This document shows positions 28,909 through 38,885 of a DNA stretch of 64,000 nt, in pieces. Positions within the stretch are counted from its first letter, which is position 1; each line of letters begins with the position of its first letter. This stretch comes from an uncultured virus (IMG/VR IMGVR_UViG_3300023243_000074). Its lineage: Duplodnaviria; Heunggongvirae; Uroviricota; Caudoviricetes. Where the stretch lies: IMG/VR virus record IMGVR_UViG_3300023243_000074. One strand, written 5' to 3'. The translations under genes and the position numbers were made by a program. The notes beneath the pieces were generated by a model. It was not told where the DNA came from and did not search any database. It saw nothing but the letters and a program-made list of their open reading frames with translations.

Positions 28909-30273
28909 TTAGAATTCAATGATGATTTTTACATCTTCGATCTGTGCTGCTGATCGGTTCAACGGTCCACGGTTTTCCAGGAATATAATATAACCCGTAT
29001 TAGGAGAATACTCTGGACCAGAAACCGCACCAGAACCTAGTGCAGCACCACTGCCTGATATATCACCTACAACGTTTTCCGAGTTTTGGAATGATTTATA
29101 TCCGGTCTTCTCATTTTGGTGAAATTTGATAACTAATGAATCTGAATCAAAATCGTCGATGTATGCAACAGCACCACTAGAAGCACCTGTTATATAGTCA
29201 CTGGCGGTAAAACCAGTTCCTGAAGCAAGACTAAGTGTCTTTAGTCCGTTGAAAGTGGTAGCAGTTGATACTGCATTACCAGCAGGGTTCAATGGGTTGC
29301 GAATTAGTCCGACCTGTCTAAATGAGTTATCCACAATAAAGTCACCACTACCATCATCATACTCTAACCGAGTATTGACTCCAATAAAGTATGCTCCAAG
29401 CTCAGCAACTGGATCTGATCCATGTGCTTTACTAGCGGCAAGAATTGGGTGAATTTCGCCGCCGACACCGTCGCCCGTGATAACAATTCTAGCAATATTG
29501 TAGTTAGACCCAACATTGGTCATCGTAACGCCTGTGATAACACCACCGGCAACTGTAGCTGTAGCTGTAGCACCTGTGCCGTCACCGTCTACGGTTAAAG
29601 TTGCGTAAGTATAACCACTACCACCAGAAACAACTTTAGATCTGTATATTTTACCAGACAACGAAGCGATCGCGGATTGTTGATTCGTGTACTGTGCCTG
29701 ATCAGATTCAGACAAATCACCTATCAAACCAGATTCTGGTAACAACACTGTTTTAACTGGCATATAGAAGTTAGTCAAGAACTTCTCAGAATCTACAATA
29801 GCAAGTGTATAGAGATACTTCCAAGTGTAACCATCACCTAATGCGAACGGAGGTACTTGAGAAAGAGTAGGTTTAACTACAGATGCAGCAGGACCAACAT
29901 CTAAACACTTGAATACTTTACGCTCATCAGTGATAACATAAAAATAGTGGTCTCCTGTGGAGTATATATCTGGGTCACTATCGTCCCATGCATAGTAAAC
30001 TTCACCACTAGTCCAATCATGACGTGGAACAACGTGTGTTACATCGCTAGAAGTTACAACCTTGGCTGCGATCATATTTTTATACGCAAGGTTTTGTTCA
30101 TAAGGCGAGTCGATAGGATCGGGCGGTGTAGCATCGGCTAAATCATCAATAGAGTCTGACCACGCATCAGACTTACCGATGAACACATAAACACTATTAT
30201 CCGCATCTGTAATATCTTCTTTGAAGTTCTGAGCGTTAACTACTCGAAAATCATTGGTTACGATTGCTGTCAT
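28909..30273 (-). CDS. gp8: Baseplate wedge subunit gp8-like
   Basis: VVPRHDW, FYVITDE.KVFKCL, DGYTWKYLY, FRQVGLIRNP, C-terminal EDVKIIIEF. Confidence 0.85.
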   Translation of the reverse strand: MTAIVTNDFRVVNAQNFKEDITDADNSVYVFIGKSDAWSDSIDDLADATPPDPIDSPYEQNLAYKNMIAAKVVTSSDVTHVVPRHDWTSGEVYYAWDDSDPDIYSTGDHYFYVITDERKVFKCLDVGPAASVVKPTLSQVPPFALGDGYTWKYLYTLAIVDSEKFLTNFYMPVKTVLLPESGLIGDLSESDQAQYTNQQSAIASLSGKIYRSKVVSGGSGYTYATLTVDGDGTGATATATVAGGVITGVTMTNVGSNYNIARIVITGDGVGGEIHPILAASKAHGSDPVAELGAYFIGVNTRLEYDDGSGDFIVDNSFRQVGLIRNPLNPAGNAVSTATTFNGLKTLSLASGTGFTASDYITGASSGAVAYIDDFDSDSLVIKFHQNEKTGYKSFQNSENVVGDISGSGAALGSGAVSGPEYSPNTGYIIFLENRGPLNRSAAQIEDVKIIIEF

Positions 30274-30288
30274 TTTTAAATATTCCTC

Positions 30289-31236
30289 TTACATTGATGA
30301 TTGCGTGATAGAGACTCCTACATTAACTCTATCGATTGTTTTATTTATACCCTGTTGTATAGTGAAATTCTCATAAGAATACATTGGAGATTCGTCGTAG
30401 AACTTGAGCAGGTCTGAGAATTCTTTAGACTTGCGTACATAGTATTGATCCACATATGTAAGTGCAAGTATTACTACCATTAAAGATTCTTGAACGCTCA
30501 TCCTATTATGAGCTGCGATCATATAGACTAATCTTGGCAGATCTTCATCTCGGATCAATCCTGGCTGGCGCCCTGGCATGATTGCACCACTATTTACAAC
30601 ACCTTGATCAAGAGTTGCCATCAGTAATAAGAAAATCTCACCGAAGAAAATAAATCCACTTGGGTGTACTAATTTGTTGTATACATTTTCCCACTGATCT
30701 ACATTGTTACCAGTTCTAATAACATATGAGAATTTCTGGTAGAAATAAGAATCTTGTAACTTGTTTCTATCTGACAAGAATCCATCTGAATTAAGGTATC
30801 TCTGAATACTAGGATCCCATTTTCCCGCAGATGGGATCAACATTTGATCCTTTGGGTAGTATACTTCGACTTCATCTTGCAATAGTATACGAAAGAAAGT
30901 TTCAATAGACTCAGAAGAACCTCTAATATTATAATAGTTAACTAGTCTCTTGTATAGTTTAACTCTGTCAGTTTGAATATCTCTAGGTATAACTACCGCG
31001 ATCTCTTTCTGAATAAGATCTAAATAATGTTCAGCGGTATCAATGTCTCGTTCTTCAGATATGTGATGTAGTTCATACGATGGTTGAAATCCCTGATTCA
31101 TGAATTTATAGTAATCTTCGAGCAACATCAATAATCTTTCCGAATTCTCTCTAAGGTATTCGGGTATTAATGATTCTACTCTAATAGATTCTTTGGTCTT
31201 TCGTTTTGAAGACGCGGATGCTTCGATAGATGCCAT
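30289..31236 (-). CDS. Baseplate wedge subunit (gp7-like)
   Basis: YYNIRGS..SIETFFRIL, LQDSYFYQKFSYVI, LVHPSG; lies between gp6 and gp8. Confidence 0.7.
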   Translation of the reverse strand: MASIEASASSKRKTKESIRVESLIPEYLRENSERLLMLLEDYYKFMNQGFQPSYELHHISEERDIDTAEHYLDLIQKEIAVVIPRDIQTDRVKLYKRLVNYYNIRGSSESIETFFRILLQDEVEVYYPKDQMLIPSAGKWDPSIQRYLNSDGFLSDRNKLQDSYFYQKFSYVIRTGNNVDQWENVYNKLVHPSGFIFFGEIFLLLMATLDQGVVNSGAIMPGRQPGLIRDEDLPRLVYMIAAHNRMSVQESLMVVILALTYVDQYYVRKSKEFSDLLKFYDESPMYSYENFTIQQGINKTIDRVNVGVSITQSSM

Positions 31237-31242
31237 AACTAT

Positions 31243-33087
31243 TTACTTGTGTCTAGAAGTTGTAGTGTAATCAACTGTTCCTGATGAACCAGATACCGCA
31301 ATAGTATCTACCTCACCATTAACTTCTGTAAAGAAAGGTGATATCGACAATAACTGATTGCGTTTAGGCGCAAGGTCTAATGAATTTGGTAGAACTGTAA
31401 GCCTAATCTCAGCAGTTGTGTCGGGTTTAAAGTTATTGATAACTATTCTACCAGTTGCAGTGTATATAATACCTGCTTCAGAGTTGACTATTACTCTCGC
31501 ACCATTAACAATCTTGTAAATAGTTATGCGTCGATTATTAGAATTAATAATCGGATAGTCGCCAAAGAAGTGTTCAATACTATTGATCAAAAATGATGTA
31601 CTTTCCAGAACAGATTCTGAAGAAGTTGTAGTGTATATCGGAGATGAGAAATATAAGTCGTAATAGTTTTGAACAGTGTTCGAAGGAGTAACAACCTTAT
31701 ACATATAGACTCTTGAGTATGAGTTTAATATAGCAGGATCAGAAGAGTCGATATTTCTTAACAACTTAGAATATCTAAACACGCCGTCGAATCTCTTCAA
31801 ATCAGTATTGTTATAATTTGCAATGACGTTTGCAACTAATGCTTGTAACTCAGCAAGTTTTCTATCAGTTAGGTTAGGGTTATACTTAAAGAATACTTCT
31901 AGTTTAATGAAAGTGTATTCTGGGTCGACCATTACTGGTGTGATAGAAATAACATTCTTACCCTTTAGGATATTATCTTTGATAAATTCTTTATCTGTCG
32001 TACTTAATGTATCAGAAGTTTTAGGTTTAATCGAGATATATACTTTACCATAATCTGGAGGACTAGCATCTTCACCACCCCAAACGGAAATCGCATCGAT
32101 GTCACCATATTCTCTTAAAATAATTGCTTTATAATCGTCGGCAGTCACTGCACGGTTCTGTGTAATGTATGTCAGAGGCGCGTTAAAACGAATAGATTCT
32201 ATTGACTCTCGATCGTCACCGCCTGTGCCTGAACTAACTGTTGCGACTGTAATATCAGAGTTACCACCTATCTCAGATACTATTTCAAAGTTTCTAGCAG
32301 AGTTTGCTATTGCACCAGATGTATATACATACTCCAACTCTACAATATTATTTGAAGTTGGCCTTGCGCCAATAATACCATCACCGAAATAAATCTCATA
32401 CTTACTACCACTATTCTCCTGAACAAAGTAAACTCTACTACTAGCACCAACATTTACCAAAGATGAGAATTGAGTGTATATAGTATAGTCGTCAGAGTCA
32501 TCATTTGTCTTGAGGCGAACTCTCAGAGTTGAGATATCAATATCTTCATCTGGTATCTCAAACTTTTGATTTTCGATGGAAGTGTCTACCCTATAAGTAA
32601 GACTTTTAAATGTGCCCTGTTTGATAGCTATATTTGGATATACAAAATTATTATTAGATGCAGAATATGTTGCAGAAGTAGATTCTGTTACCACAAACGG
32701 AAATTCCTCACCATCAACTATAGAAATAAATTTAGTTCCGCGTTCTAGAGTTAAATAAGCAGGTACTGGTGAACCAATTGGATTATTAACCGTTACATTA
32801 ACTAGTCCTGTAGATGCAGTCTTTGACCTAGGCAAGTATCCCAACAATTTCGAATGTGACACAACATTACCGCGAATCTGCGCTGAGTCGAGAAACGCCT
32901 CATTCAACGCAAGGTGTGCTGTCATCGCGTTATAATGTGTATTATATGCCAGAACATCTAATAGAATAGATAGCCCAGACCCTTCAAAGTCGTAGTCATT
33001 ATACTTCGATTGTGATGATAAGTAATTTTTTAAATTTTGCTTGATCAGATCAAAATCTAATTCAGTTACATTTAGGTTGACTGCCAT
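31243..33087 (-). CDS. gp6: Baseplate wedge subunit gp6
   Basis: LDFDLIKQNL..DYDFEGSGLSILLDVLAYNTHY, FGDG, QNRAVT..DY, VWGGED. Confidence 0.93.
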   Translation of the reverse strand: MAVNLNVTELDFDLIKQNLKNYLSSQSKYNDYDFEGSGLSILLDVLAYNTHYNAMTAHLALNEAFLDSAQIRGNVVSHSKLLGYLPRSKTASTGLVNVTVNNPIGSPVPAYLTLERGTKFISIVDGEEFPFVVTESTSATYSASNNNFVYPNIAIKQGTFKSLTYRVDTSIENQKFEIPDEDIDISTLRVRLKTNDDSDDYTIYTQFSSLVNVGASSRVYFVQENSGSKYEIYFGDGIIGARPTSNNIVELEYVYTSGAIANSARNFEIVSEIGGNSDITVATVSSGTGGDDRESIESIRFNAPLTYITQNRAVTADDYKAIILREYGDIDAISVWGGEDASPPDYGKVYISIKPKTSDTLSTTDKEFIKDNILKGKNVISITPVMVDPEYTFIKLEVFFKYNPNLTDRKLAELQALVANVIANYNNTDLKRFDGVFRYSKLLRNIDSSDPAILNSYSRVYMYKVVTPSNTVQNYYDLYFSSPIYTTTSSESVLESTSFLINSIEHFFGDYPIINSNNRRITIYKIVNGARVIVNSEAGIIYTATGRIVINNFKPDTTAEIRLTVLPNSLDLAPKRNQLLSISPFFTEVNGEVDTIAVSGSSGTVDYTTTSRHK

Positions 33088-33530
33088 TATCGAACTCTCT
33101 CTAAGAATATTCTAACGTCTGACTGCGAGTCATAAGTTATAACGTTAAAAACTATAGTTATATTGTATCCATTGTTGTCAGAGTCATCTTCTACTTGGAC
33201 AATTACATTATTAACTCTAGGTTCGTAATTATCAATGATTCTCTTAACTCTACTAGTTAACATATATCTTGTCATGCTATCCGCATTCTCGAATAACATA
33301 CTTCTCACACCAGAATCAAGTTCTGGTTGAAATGGTCTCTCGTATCTTGAAGTAAGTATTAAATTCTTAATAGAATTCTTTACTGCTGCAATATCCGTTA
33401 AAGGAATTATATCCTTTTTGTTTGGGTGAGGTATTAATGACAAGTCTAGGTCAGAGTATTGTTTTCTTCTAGAAACAATAGCAACCTTCTGGTTTGTTAC
33501 ATTAACGTCTGATAGTAGTTCTGTGCTCAT
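33087..33530 (-). CDS. gp25: Baseplate wedge subunit gp25
   Basis: AVKNSIKNLILT...ERPFQP...YEPRV. Confidence 0.92.
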   Translation of the reverse strand: MSTELLSDVNVTNQKVAIVSRRKQYSDLDLSLIPHPNKKDIIPLTDIAAVKNSIKNLILTSRYERPFQPELDSGVRSMLFENADSMTRYMLTSRVKRIIDNYEPRVNNVIVQVEDDSDNNGYNITIVFNVITYDSQSDVRIFLERVR

Positions 33531-33535
33531 ACTTT

Positions 33536-33543
33536 TATTTATA
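33536..33543 (-). promoter_or_regulatory. T4-type late promoter TATAAATA, 5 nt before the gp25 ATG
   Basis: Exact consensus. Confidence 0.8.
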
Positions 33544-33581
33544 TGTTATATTGTAGCTACTACCCTGCTGGACCAATGAAT

Positions 33582-33610
33582 ATTATACACCATTTTTGGA
33601 ATATTGGCAA
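33582..33610 (-). promoter_or_regulatory. Sigma70-type promoter TTGCCA-N17-TATAAT
   Basis: Near-consensus hexamers with a 17-nt spacer between the PAAR gene and gp25. Confidence 0.65.
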
Positions 33611-33613
33611 GGG

Positions 33614-33910
33614 TTAATTTGCGAACACGTTGGGCGACCCAGCAGTGATAGCACCTCCGTCGGTGGAGTCACCAACCCTTGCAGTAGGAATACCATTAGT
33701 AAAGACATTATGAGACCCCACGTTGATCACAGCGCCGTGGGGTACACATACACTACCCGCAAGGATCGTATGCGGCGCTGTAGGGTCTCCTTGACGCTCT
33801 ACCCCGATACCATTAGCAAACACATTCCCCGAACCACCTATCACAGTAGTGGTGGCATCACATCCATGCCCTGTTGTGGTCGGGTCACCTATTCTTGCTA
33901 CTGCTGGCAT
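33614..33910 (-). CDS. PAAR-repeat spike tip protein (gp5.4-like)
   Basis: MPAVARIGD, VERQGD..PH, PTARVGD with His/Cys ligands. Confidence 0.92.
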   Translation of the reverse strand: MPAVARIGDPTTTGHGCDATTTVIGGSGNVFANGIGVERQGDPTAPHTILAGSVCVPHGAVINVGSHNVFTNGIPTARVGDSTDGGAITAGSPNVFAN

Positions 33911-33911
33911 T

Positions 33912-35423
33912 TTAGTAGTACAAAGTCATACCAGAGGTATACTTACTTTTGTAATAAGTTAGTTCACGGTTTCTCTGCGGAGTGCCCTGATTATTTCTAG
34001 GGCGATCAAAACTTAGGTGTAACCAGATAGAGTTTCCATGTTCAAATATAAGTTGATCATATCCAACGTTTGCTTTAATCCACTGCGCACGATTAAGATA
34101 TTCGGCGGGTTTAATTCCGGGCCATTGAATATCACATGCCATCCCCCGTTCGTGTTGAGATTTACCTGTAGTTACTGTTCGGAATCCAGAGTTAACTCTT
34201 AGGCCTGGGTATTGCGCAATGATTGGTTCTAGAATATTTTCACAAAGTGCCTTTAGGTTACATGCAATTTCTGATTTAGTATACCCCGCCTGTGCTTGTA
34301 CGGTATGCTTAAACAGTGCTGCAGAAGAAACTGATGCCAATGTATAATTGGGTGTCAATTGTAGAGAATCTGTAACATCGTCCTCAGATATGCCATCACA
34401 CACTTGTTTTGCTGGATTTTTTTTCACTACCTCTGGAGTCGTATCAGGAGTAACATTTTCAGTAACAACAACATCTTCTGATGGGACGATTAATGCTGCG
34501 TTATCATTATCAAAGTCATCGTCAAACGCAGCGTTAGATCCTGCAAGAGCAAGAACTAAACGTTGAGCATCCGCACCGAATGGGTCAGCGGGCGATGTGT
34601 TCATGTTAATATTAGATGCTGCTTCAGCGTAATTACCCGCTGCATCAAAGGTGATGTTTCCACCAGATTTAAAACTCATATTCCCTTCTGCGAATATATC
34701 TAGGTCGCCCCGGATAAACTGATTTACATTCCCATCAACTAATAAGTTGATATTCCCTTGGACGTGACAGTTATCGTTGGATAGAACAATTTCATACTTG
34801 TTCTCTTGTCTAATTACAATATCGCCTTCAGGTTGCATCTCAACGAATGAGCCGGAATGATGAGTTATTCTAACTCGCTCTGCGCCTTGGGTATCATCAA
34901 GTTCTATCTTATGACCAGACTCAGTTTCTATAACCTTGTTGTATGGATATACCGCTGCATATGGCGACGCGGGTTCACCAATGCTTACGTCATTTACATA
35001 TGGGTGAGTGTCTATTCCACGGGCTAGTTTATTCACATCAGGTTCGCCGATATATTTTGGATAATGTCCACCAGGATCAGAAAACCCTTTGGTAGAAACC
35101 GGCATCTGTTCGAATGAACTTGCTATAGATCCCATGATAACTGGATCTTGTGCAGATGATCCGTCTCGGAAAAACCCAACAACCCAACTCCCAGGAACCA
35201 ATCCGTGAGTGTGTCCTACACCAGATACTGATGCTGAGGTATTTGGTAATAATACCGTTGCCCAAGGGAGATCGTTAGTAGGGATCTGTGCCTTAGAGTC
35301 TGTGTGAAACCCAAAGCATCTAACCCTAACTCGCCCCATCATTTCTGGATCGGTGCGATCTTCAACCACGCCTGTGAACCAAACAAAACTTGCTCCAATA
35401 AATTGGTCTGTACTACTTGCCAT
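33912..35423 (-). CDS. gp5: Baseplate central spike gp5 with C-terminal peptidase M15 domain
   Basis: WFTGVVEDRTDP..GRVRVRCFG OB-fold, YPYNKVIETESGH, beta-helix repeats, C-terminal NSGFR..SQH..GMACD..WLHLS. Confidence 0.9.
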   Translation of the reverse strand: MASSTDQFIGASFVWFTGVVEDRTDPEMMGRVRVRCFGFHTDSKAQIPTNDLPWATVLLPNTSASVSGVGHTHGLVPGSWVVGFFRDGSSAQDPVIMGSIASSFEQMPVSTKGFSDPGGHYPKYIGEPDVNKLARGIDTHPYVNDVSIGEPASPYAAVYPYNKVIETESGHKIELDDTQGAERVRITHHSGSFVEMQPEGDIVIRQENKYEIVLSNDNCHVQGNINLLVDGNVNQFIRGDLDIFAEGNMSFKSGGNITFDAAGNYAEAASNINMNTSPADPFGADAQRLVLALAGSNAAFDDDFDNDNAALIVPSEDVVVTENVTPDTTPEVVKKNPAKQVCDGISEDDVTDSLQLTPNYTLASVSSAALFKHTVQAQAGYTKSEIACNLKALCENILEPIIAQYPGLRVNSGFRTVTTGKSQHERGMACDIQWPGIKPAEYLNRAQWIKANVGYDQLIFEHGNSIWLHLSFDRPRNNQGTPQRNRELTYYKSKYTSGMTLYY

Positions 35424-35427
35424 AATG

Positions 35428-36774
35428 TTACTCTGCCGAATCTAATGTGTAATATGAATAATCTCGCTTCAGTACTGCTTCGCATGTGTACTTATCACTG
35501 AATACATGTTGAACTCCAGTAATTATGTAGTCCCCAGATATCATCATGTCATGCTCAGAGCTTCTTTTTGCAGATTTTTCTCGTATCTTTTTATATACTT
35601 GTGGATCAATTGACTTTGGTGCGGTCAGCGAAAGTTTCTTTCCAGGATTAACTGACAAGTCACCATTGATGGTGATAGAAACTTTAATTGAATCCATATT
35701 CTCTAGAATGGACAATCTTGTCCCTGCACTATTAATTGCTCCCGCATGATAGTTCACATAGTTCGTACCATATGACATTTCATTGGAGTTTATATAAATT
35801 TCTAAAGAATCGTGATGATGATTTAAAGTCTCGTCTTTTATCTTAAACTTATTAGATATCAACGGATATCCCACATACGCCTTGGGAGACCTCTCGAATG
35901 ATTTCTGATAATCGTACTTAACATCATAATATTTCTTGGTCGATATGTCTAATACTTTTGTCGTCGATGCATATGCACCCCGTCCAGAGTGATGAAACTT
36001 TGAACTGTTTAGGTTAGACGCCATTGCAAGTACTTTGTATTTACGCTCGTTATACCCTTCCTCAGTAGTTTCCTCATCATTTTGTCTAAATGTAAAACTG
36101 TATGTTCCGATACTTTTTGAGGTTGCAATTTCTTTATATGGGATTATATAAAACCCGTTCAACGTTTCGTATGCAAATATAGGTGAACTGGACTCGTCAA
36201 ATGATCTACGCAACAACCAGTCCACAGCCTTGAATGGTTTTACATTGGGTATTACTAAACTCACATTTCCCTTACTATCTGCCGTGTTGAATATGTCACC
36301 CGTATACTGTAGATCGTTTTTTATAACTTTTTCAATTGCTTTAGAGATAGAACCTTTAACAGACCTAGACAAACTTACTACCTTATTTGTAAATGCGTGT
36401 TCGCTTAGGCAAGTTAGGGTATATCCTTGACTTGCTTCTTTGATCTTACCAAATAATGGGATTTCCGTAACATAAAATACTTTTTTCAATTTAATGGTGT
36501 CTTTAGATCCTTTATCTCTCTTGTGGATGATGATAGTAACTTTCTCTTGGCCGCTTATGCGCAGTTCTTCAAATAGGTTGACTGTATCGAGTATTTCTAT
36601 AGAAGCATGCAGACCATAGGTGTACATACTCTCAGTTATTACCAATTTAGTTACTTGGTTAAATATATTAAACTCTTTACCGTATGCGTTCTGTATAGAT
36701 ATCTCAGATATCCTAAAAGATCCCGGAACAGCACTTTCTGCAGTGTTATTATTGTCTAGATTGCCGTTAATCAT
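35428..36774 (-). CDS. Baseplate hub protein (gp27-like)
   Basis: Position between gp53 and gp5; C-terminal ISGDYIITGVQHVF. Confidence 0.65.
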   Translation of the reverse strand: MINGNLDNNNTAESAVPGSFRISEISIQNAYGKEFNIFNQVTKLVITESMYTYGLHASIEILDTVNLFEELRISGQEKVTIIIHKRDKGSKDTIKLKKVFYVTEIPLFGKIKEASQGYTLTCLSEHAFTNKVVSLSRSVKGSISKAIEKVIKNDLQYTGDIFNTADSKGNVSLVIPNVKPFKAVDWLLRRSFDESSSPIFAYETLNGFYIIPYKEIATSKSIGTYSFTFRQNDEETTEEGYNERKYKVLAMASNLNSSKFHHSGRGAYASTTKVLDISTKKYYDVKYDYQKSFERSPKAYVGYPLISNKFKIKDETLNHHHDSLEIYINSNEMSYGTNYVNYHAGAINSAGTRLSILENMDSIKVSITINGDLSVNPGKKLSLTAPKSIDPQVYKKIREKSAKRSSEHDMMISGDYIITGVQHVFSDKYTCEAVLKRDYSYYTLDSAE

Positions 36775-37550
36775 GTGTTGAGTAATTCTTGATAAGAGTC
36801 TGCGAATTCGAATATACGATCGTTACTAATAATACGAATATTTGACCTTTGTTCGTTTAAATTATACTCATATTCATAATTGGTAACTGTATTCAACTGC
36901 ACTGGGGGAAGACCTCCATCAATGTGTATTGCATTGTTAACTCTCCTACCAAGATTGTCTTCGTAGTGATGAGGTGCTACTTGTGTGTCAAAAACTTCAT
37001 AAGTAATAGAACTGTTCAGTGTAGTTTGCCCACGGATAATCTCATTACTGCGAAATGTGCCAACAACATCAACAATAGATAATTGTTGCATGGTTGGTTC
37101 TTTACTTTCTATTTTACCAGTTGCACCACTCAATGTTCCTATAACGGTTTCTCCAATTTGAAACTTACCCGCAACAGAATTCTCAATAGACTGTAGTAAT
37201 CCGTCTCCAGTGTAGTTGTACTGTGGTCTGAATGTGAAAGTTACTCCAGAGTATTCTTCTGCCATGTACTTATCGAACTCGTTAAATGACATTGGCCATT
37301 CACCTAAACCTGTTCTAAGGCTGTCGTTAGTTATAAAGAAAGTCCAGTAATATTCTGGCGTGCCATATACTTTTTGTGATACTATATCGGGTCTGTCACC
37401 TTCTTCAATCTTGTAAAAAGTATAAGCAGTCAATTCATCATCTAAGGTGTTTAAAGGTTTGACATACCTGAACAAATCAATGATTCTGGTATTAACTCCT
37501 GTATTGAAATAGTCGTAGGAAGTTTTTGGGAAGTTTCTAAAGAAAGACAT
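36771..37550 (-). CDS. gp53: Baseplate wedge subunit gp53
   Basis: MSFFRNFP, GDRPDIVSQKVYG..YYW, VTNYEYE..LNE. Confidence 0.88.
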   Translation of the reverse strand: MSFFRNFPKTSYDYFNTGVNTRIIDLFRYVKPLNTLDDELTAYTFYKIEEGDRPDIVSQKVYGTPEYYWTFFITNDSLRTGLGEWPMSFNEFDKYMAEEYSGVTFTFRPQYNYTGDGLLQSIENSVAGKFQIGETVIGTLSGATGKIESKEPTMQQLSIVDVVGTFRSNEIIRGQTTLNSSITYEVFDTQVAPHHYEDNLGRRVNNAIHIDGGLPPVQLNTVTNYEYEYNLNEQRSNIRIISNDRIFEFADSYQELLNT

Positions 37551-37561
37551 TATAAAACCTC

Positions 37562-38386
37562 TTAGATGTAAAAGTTATCTGGCATACTAGACCTATCAGA
37601 ATGCATCTTTTCGATATCTTCTCGTGTAAGTGCTTTAGTTTCTTGAAACTGTAGTGATAGAGTAACATCTAATGGTGCTCCGTCTTTATAGAAAGAGTTA
37701 GCAGTCGTATTATAAGAAGAACTCATACTGAGTAAGAAACAATTATATGTAGGTGAATAATACTTATTGACAGTGTCGTCTCTATTAAGAACCTTAATAT
37801 TAAACTCTGATGGATATTTCAATGTAAACCTATTACCAGATGGGTATGCATTAAGTCGTAATCGCTCAAGAATATTCCTTATGGTATCACTATCTTTCTG
37901 ACTAGTCGCAATTAGTTTAAATTCAAATGAATATGACCGTGTGTTAGAACCATTGAAAGTTGTTACTTGATTCGGGTTAAGCAATGTTCTCTTGTTGTAT
38001 AACACTGCCTCTGCAATCGCTTTGCCCGTATCACCACCCGCAAGTGCTCCCATGCCGTTCTTCTGCGCAATCATCGCAAGTGCAGCTGTATTTGTGGTAG
38101 AATCATTCGAAGCGGCAAGTTCATTCTTCATCTTACTTATACTATTTCCAATTGAATTTATCGAACCACCACTGTTCAAAACATCTTGAGCTATAGCGCC
38201 AATCTGATTGAGGTTATTAGACCCATATGACATACCATCTTGTATAGGCATTCCAATTGGTATCGGTAGAAATACAGAAGTTGGGTAATCCCCCGTGACA
38301 ACTTCAATTGCCATTTTTGGGTAATTTGATATATCTTCTGGATACATGTACCTTGCTGTATCATTTTTTTTATTAAAATCTATCAT
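37562..38386 (-). CDS. gp48: Baseplate tail-tube cap gp48-like
   Basis: LNPNQ..F.G...RSYSFEFKL, YPSEF, LSLQFQE. Confidence 0.75.
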   Translation of the reverse strand: MIDFNKKNDTARYMYPEDISNYPKMAIEVVTGDYPTSVFLPIPIGMPIQDGMSYGSNNLNQIGAIAQDVLNSGGSINSIGNSISKMKNELAASNDSTTNTAALAMIAQKNGMGALAGGDTGKAIAEAVLYNKRTLLNPNQVTTFNGSNTRSYSFEFKLIATSQKDSDTIRNILERLRLNAYPSGNRFTLKYPSEFNIKVLNRDDTVNKYYSPTYNCFLLSMSSSYNTTANSFYKDGAPLDVTLSLQFQETKALTREDIEKMHSDRSSMPDNFYI

Positions 38387-38396
38387 GGATTTCTCT

Positions 38397-38404
38397 TATA
38401 AATA
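38397..38404 (+). promoter_or_regulatory. T4-type late promoter TATAAATA for gp4/gp2
   Basis: Exact consensus. Confidence 0.8.
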
Positions 38405-38431
38405 GTTGTAAGAATACACAACATTATATAT

Positions 38432-38439
38432 TATTTATA
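38432..38439 (-). promoter_or_regulatory. T4-type late promoter TATAAATA for the gp48-gp5 block
   Basis: Exact consensus, facing the 38397 promoter. Confidence 0.8.
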
Positions 38440-38885
38440 TGGCATACTCCGGCAGATACCCAATTAAACGACATGATAAGTACGATGGGGACTCTACTAA
38501 GGTATATTTCCGTTCCCTATGGGAACGACAGGTGTTTAAGTGGTGCGAAGAAAACGATCAGGTTCTAAAATGGAGTTCTGAAGAAGTTGTCATACCATAC
38601 AGATGCAAGACTGATAATAAGATACATAGATATTTTGTAGACGTTAAAATGAAAATGGCAAATGGGCAAACATTTTTGGTTGAGATTAAACCAAAGAAAG
38701 AAACTACACCACCCGCGCAACCTGCTCGTAAAACTAGGAAGTATATTACTGAGGTTATGACATATGTTAAGAACCAATCTAAGTGGGATGCTGCTGAAGA
38801 ATATTGTATGACTCGGGGGTGGAAGTTTGTTGTGTGGACAGAAGATACCTTAAAGGGTCTTGGAATTAAAATACTAGGAAAATAA
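38439..38885 (+). CDS. gp4: Head completion nuclease gp4
   Basis: KY.GD...FRSLWE, WSSEEVVIPY, HRYFVD, EIKP, NQSKW. Confidence 0.9.
   Translation: MAYSGRYPIKRHDKYDGDSTKVYFRSLWERQVFKWCEENDQVLKWSSEEVVIPYRCKTDNKIHRYFVDVKMKMANGQTFLVEIKPKKETTPPAQPARKTRKYITEVMTYVKNQSKWDAAEEYCMTRGWKFVVWTEDTLKGLGIKILGK

Noticed and set aside
29279..29288. Third CAGCAGGGT occurrence
   Set aside because: Lies inside gp8 coding sequence (NPAG codons) with no upstream TATAAT; probably chance
33087..35423. PAAR, VgrG-like and gp25 genes as a type VI secretion system
   Set aside because: Context is a complete T4-type baseplate module with gp6/gp8/gp53/gp48 and late promoters
38439..38885. TnsA-like endonuclease as a transposon or homing endonuclease
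   Set aside because: Matches T4 gp4 head completion nuclease in its usual position beside gp2; no transposon ends
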